A stretch of 64,000 nt of DNA, from the NCBI GenBank assembly GCA_963697485.1, contig CAVOOD010000007.1, forward strand, positions 190,611 through 254,610. The letters run 5' to 3'. Below, piece by piece: positions 61,521 to 64,000 of the stretch; the first letter of the stretch is position 1, and each line of letters begins with the position of its first letter. Source of the stretch: an uncultured beta proteobacterium (GTDB lineage: Bacteria; Pseudomonadota; Gammaproteobacteria; Burkholderiales; Casimicrobiaceae). The notes below the pieces were generated by a model. It was not told where the DNA came from and searched no databases. It saw only the letters and a program-made list of their open reading frames with translations. A program made the position numbers and the translations under genes.

Positions 61521-62185
61521 ATGGAAACGCTGGCGTTCATTCTGCACAACCTGCCGGCCATCGGCGAGCGCACGCTCGAGCACGTCTCGATCGTCGGCGT
61601 CGCGGTCGGCCTCGCGATCCTGACCGGCGTGCCGCTCGGCATCGCGATCACGCAGAGCCAGCGCGCCGCCGACACCGTGCTCTACCTCGGCTCGATCGTG
61701 ATGACGATTCCGTCGATCGCGCTGTTCGGCGTGCTGATTCCGCTGCTGTCGATGATCGGCCAGGGCATCGGCTACCTGCCGGCGGTGATCGCCGCGATGC
61801 TCTACGCGCAGCTGCCGATCATCCGCAACACCTACACCGCGATCACGCAACGTCGATCCGGCGCTGCGCTCGGCCGCGCATCGGCATGGGCATGTCGACG
61901 CTCGCAGCGGCTGCTGCGCGTCGAGATTCCGATCGCGCTGCCGGTGATCATGGCCGGCGTGCGCATCGCCGTCGTCATCAACATCGGCGTCACCGCGATC
62001 GCCGCGTACATCGGCGCCGGCGGGCTCGGCACGTTCATCTCGCCGCGGCATCTCGCAGACCGACGTGCGCCAGCTGATCACCGGCGCGCTCGCGCTCAGC
62101 CTGCTCGCGATCGTCGGCCGACTACGCGCTGCTCTGGCTGCAGCGCCGGCTCACGCCGAAGGGCGCCGCGGAGCGCGCGGGTTGA
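61521..62185 (+). pseudogene. Osmoprotectant (glycine betaine/choline-type) ABC transporter permease, frame breaks
   Basis: [11 protein letters not shown]...IPSIALFGVLIPL...GIGYLPAVIAAMLYAQLPIIRNTY, then VEIPIALPVIMAGVRIAVVINIG and LLAIVADYALLWLQRRL in other frames. Confidence 0.8.
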
Positions 62186-62194
62186 TGCGGTCCG

Positions 62195-63214
62195 ATGGCG
62201 ACCACAGACATGATCCGGCTCGAAGCGCTGACCAAGATCTACCCGTCGGCGCACGGCGGCGCGGCTTCGGTCGATCGCGTCAGCTTCGAAGTCGGCGCCG
62301 GCGAGACCTGCGTGCTGCTCGGGCCGTCCGGCTGCGGCAAGACGACGACGCTGCGCATGATCAACCGGCTGGTCGCGCCGACGTCGGGCAAGATCTTCAT
62401 CGACGGCACGCGACACCGGCGCCGTCGATCCGGTCGAGCTGCGCCGCACGATCGGCTACGTGATCCAGCAGATCGGCCTCTTTCCGAACATGACGGTCGC
62501 GGAGAACATCGGCGTCGTGCCGCGGCTGCTCGGCTGGGATCGCGCGCGGATGCGCCGCGCGCGCCGAGGAGCTGCTGGCGATGCTCGCGCTCGAGCCCGC
62601 GCGACTTCCTCGACCGCTATCCGAAGGAGCTCTCCGGCGGCCAGGCGCAGCGCGTCGGCGTCGCGCGCGCGCTCGCCGCCGATCCGCCGGTGCTGCTGAT
62701 GGACGAGCCGTTCGGCGCCGATCGATCCGATCAATCGCGAAGTGATCCAGGACGAGTTCCTGCGCATGCAGAAGGCGCTGCGCAAGACGGTGCTGTTCGT
62801 CAGCCACGACATCGACGAGGCGGTGAAGATGGCCGACCGCATCGCGATCTTCCGCGCCGGCACGCTCGAGCAGTTCGCAGCGCCCGACGAGCTGCTCGCG
62901 CGGCCCGGCGAACGACTTCGTCGCCGACTTCGTCGGCAGCGATCGCACGCTGAAGCGCCTGCGGCGCATCGCCGTCAGCGAAGTGATGAGCACTGCTGGC
63001 GCGGGACGTCGCCGCTGCGCCGGACGCGCCGACGGTCGCGCCAGGCGACGACCTGCGCCGCGTCGCCACGCTCTTTCTCGAGCGTGGTGTCGACGTCGCT
63101 GCGCGTGCGTCGACGCCGGCGGACGCGCTGGTCGGCGTGGTCACGCGCGACGCCGTCGCCGCACGGCTTGCGGCACCGGCCGGCGGCAACGGCTCCGGCG
63201 CGCCGCCGCGATGA
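62195..63214 (+). pseudogene. Osmoprotectant ABC transporter ATP-binding protein, several frame breaks
   Basis: [69 protein letters not shown] and [19 protein letters not shown]. The tail is compatible with CBS domains. Confidence 0.82.
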
Positions 63215-63960
63215 CCACCGCCACCGTGCCCCAGCGCTCGGCTGCTGCCGTACGCGGTGCTGGCCGGCATCGCGCTGGCGGTCGTCTGGGTGCTGGTCGC
63301 AAGCGGGCTGTGGACCGACATCCTGCGCTACCGCAAGGACATCGTCTATCTGACCAAGCAGCATCTGGTGCTGGTCGCGCATCTCCGGCAGCGCTCGCGA
63401 TCGTCACCGGCGTCGCGCTCGGCATCTGGCTGTCGCGGCCGTGCGATGGCGCGCTATGCGGAAGCGATGATCCAGGCGGTCAACATGGCGACCTCGATCC
63501 CGACGCTCGGCAAGCTCGCGCTGATGATGACGCTTGCTCGGCATCGGCGCGCTGCCCGCGATCGTCGGGCTGTGGATCGCGACGCTGCTGCCGATCGTGC
63601 GCAACACCTACGCCGGCATGCGCGCGGTGCCGGCGCACCTGGTCGACGCGGCGCACGGCATGGGCATGAGCCCGCGGCGCGATCCTGCGCCGGGTCGAGC
63701 TGCCGAACGCGCTGTTCGTGATCTTCGCCGGCATACGCACGGCGATGGCGGTCAACGTCGGCACCGCGCCGATCGCTTTCCTGATCGGCGGCGGCGGGCT
63801 GGGCGAGCTGATCTTCACCGGCATCGACCTGCAGGAATACGGGATGATGCTGGCCGGCGCGATTCCGACCGCGCTGCTCGCGGTAGCCGTGGATTTCCTG
63901 TTCGGGCAGGCGCAGTATTGGCTGGTACCGCGCGGCGTCAATCCGCTGCGGAATTCTTGA
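63211..63960 (+). pseudogene. Second osmoprotectant ABC transporter permease, frame breaks
   Basis: LAGIALAVVWVL..., IPTLAKLALMMT.., GLWIATLLPIVRNTYAGMRAVP, VELPNALFVIFAGIRTAMAVNVGTAPIAFLIGGGGLG. The ATG overlaps the ATPase stop (ATGA). Confidence 0.8.
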
Positions 63961-63981
63961 GAGCAAGTCCGAGGAGGAACG

Positions 63982-64000
63982 ATGAACAAGGCGATAGGGA
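63982..64000 (+). CDS. Start of the next gene, expected from operon layout to be the substrate-binding protein; only 6 codons in the window
   Basis: SD gaggagga followed by ATG AAC AAG GCG ATA GG. The function is inferred only from the permease-ATPase-permease-binding protein order of YehZYXW/OpuC-type operons. Confidence 0.35.

Overview
High-GC proteobacterial chromosome segment. The gene order looks Burkholderiales-like (gatCAB divergent from mreBCD-mrdA-rodA, then rlpA, tolB-pal-cpoB; gshB-EIIA-HPr-EI; metX-metW-ampG), but this taxonomic placement is inference only. Content is mostly housekeeping: glmS; adjacent molybdate (modABC) and tungstate (tupBCA) ABC importers with a ModE-type HTH protein; a PTS phosphorelay; methionine genes; two ABC-F proteins (yheS, ettA); xthA; pyrE; the cell-shape and Tol-Pal genes; mutY; an ECF sigma module; a YeeE-like permease; and a betaine methyltransferase with an osmoprotectant ABC operon. 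I found no rRNA, CRISPR array, integrase, transposase or IS element. Four signals deserve a second look. (1) Reading frames are broken by single-base indels in about half the genes. The breaks are strongly block-wise: long error-free stretches alternate with stretches carrying several breaks per gene, including essential genes. This looks like an assembly or consensus artefact rather than decay, and it must be settled before any pseudogene call is trusted. (2) The gatA-gatB junction holds three abutting 65-bp repeats. Each regenerates an RBS, an ATG and a 22-codon basic mini-ORF, and the mini-ORFs are chained by ATGA stop/start overlaps. (3) A roughly 15-kb accessory tract lies between tRNA-Lys(UUU) and a truncated membrane-protein gene. 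It contains a second tRNA-Lys(CUU), a decayed 3' tRNA copy, an internally deleted transporter gene and no recombinase. (4) Inside that tract is a translationally coupled operon: stand-alone adenylation enzyme, DUF3179 protein, DltC-like carrier protein, flavin-halogenase-like enzyme and LpxL-family acyltransferase, facing an MFS transporter. I cannot assign this combination to a described pathway. Smaller items are a diverged tandem HPr paralogue, an xthA 3'-end relic, a ModE-type operator, and two candidate cis-regulatory RNA leaders (upstream of tupB and metX). All coordinates of frame breaks are approximate.
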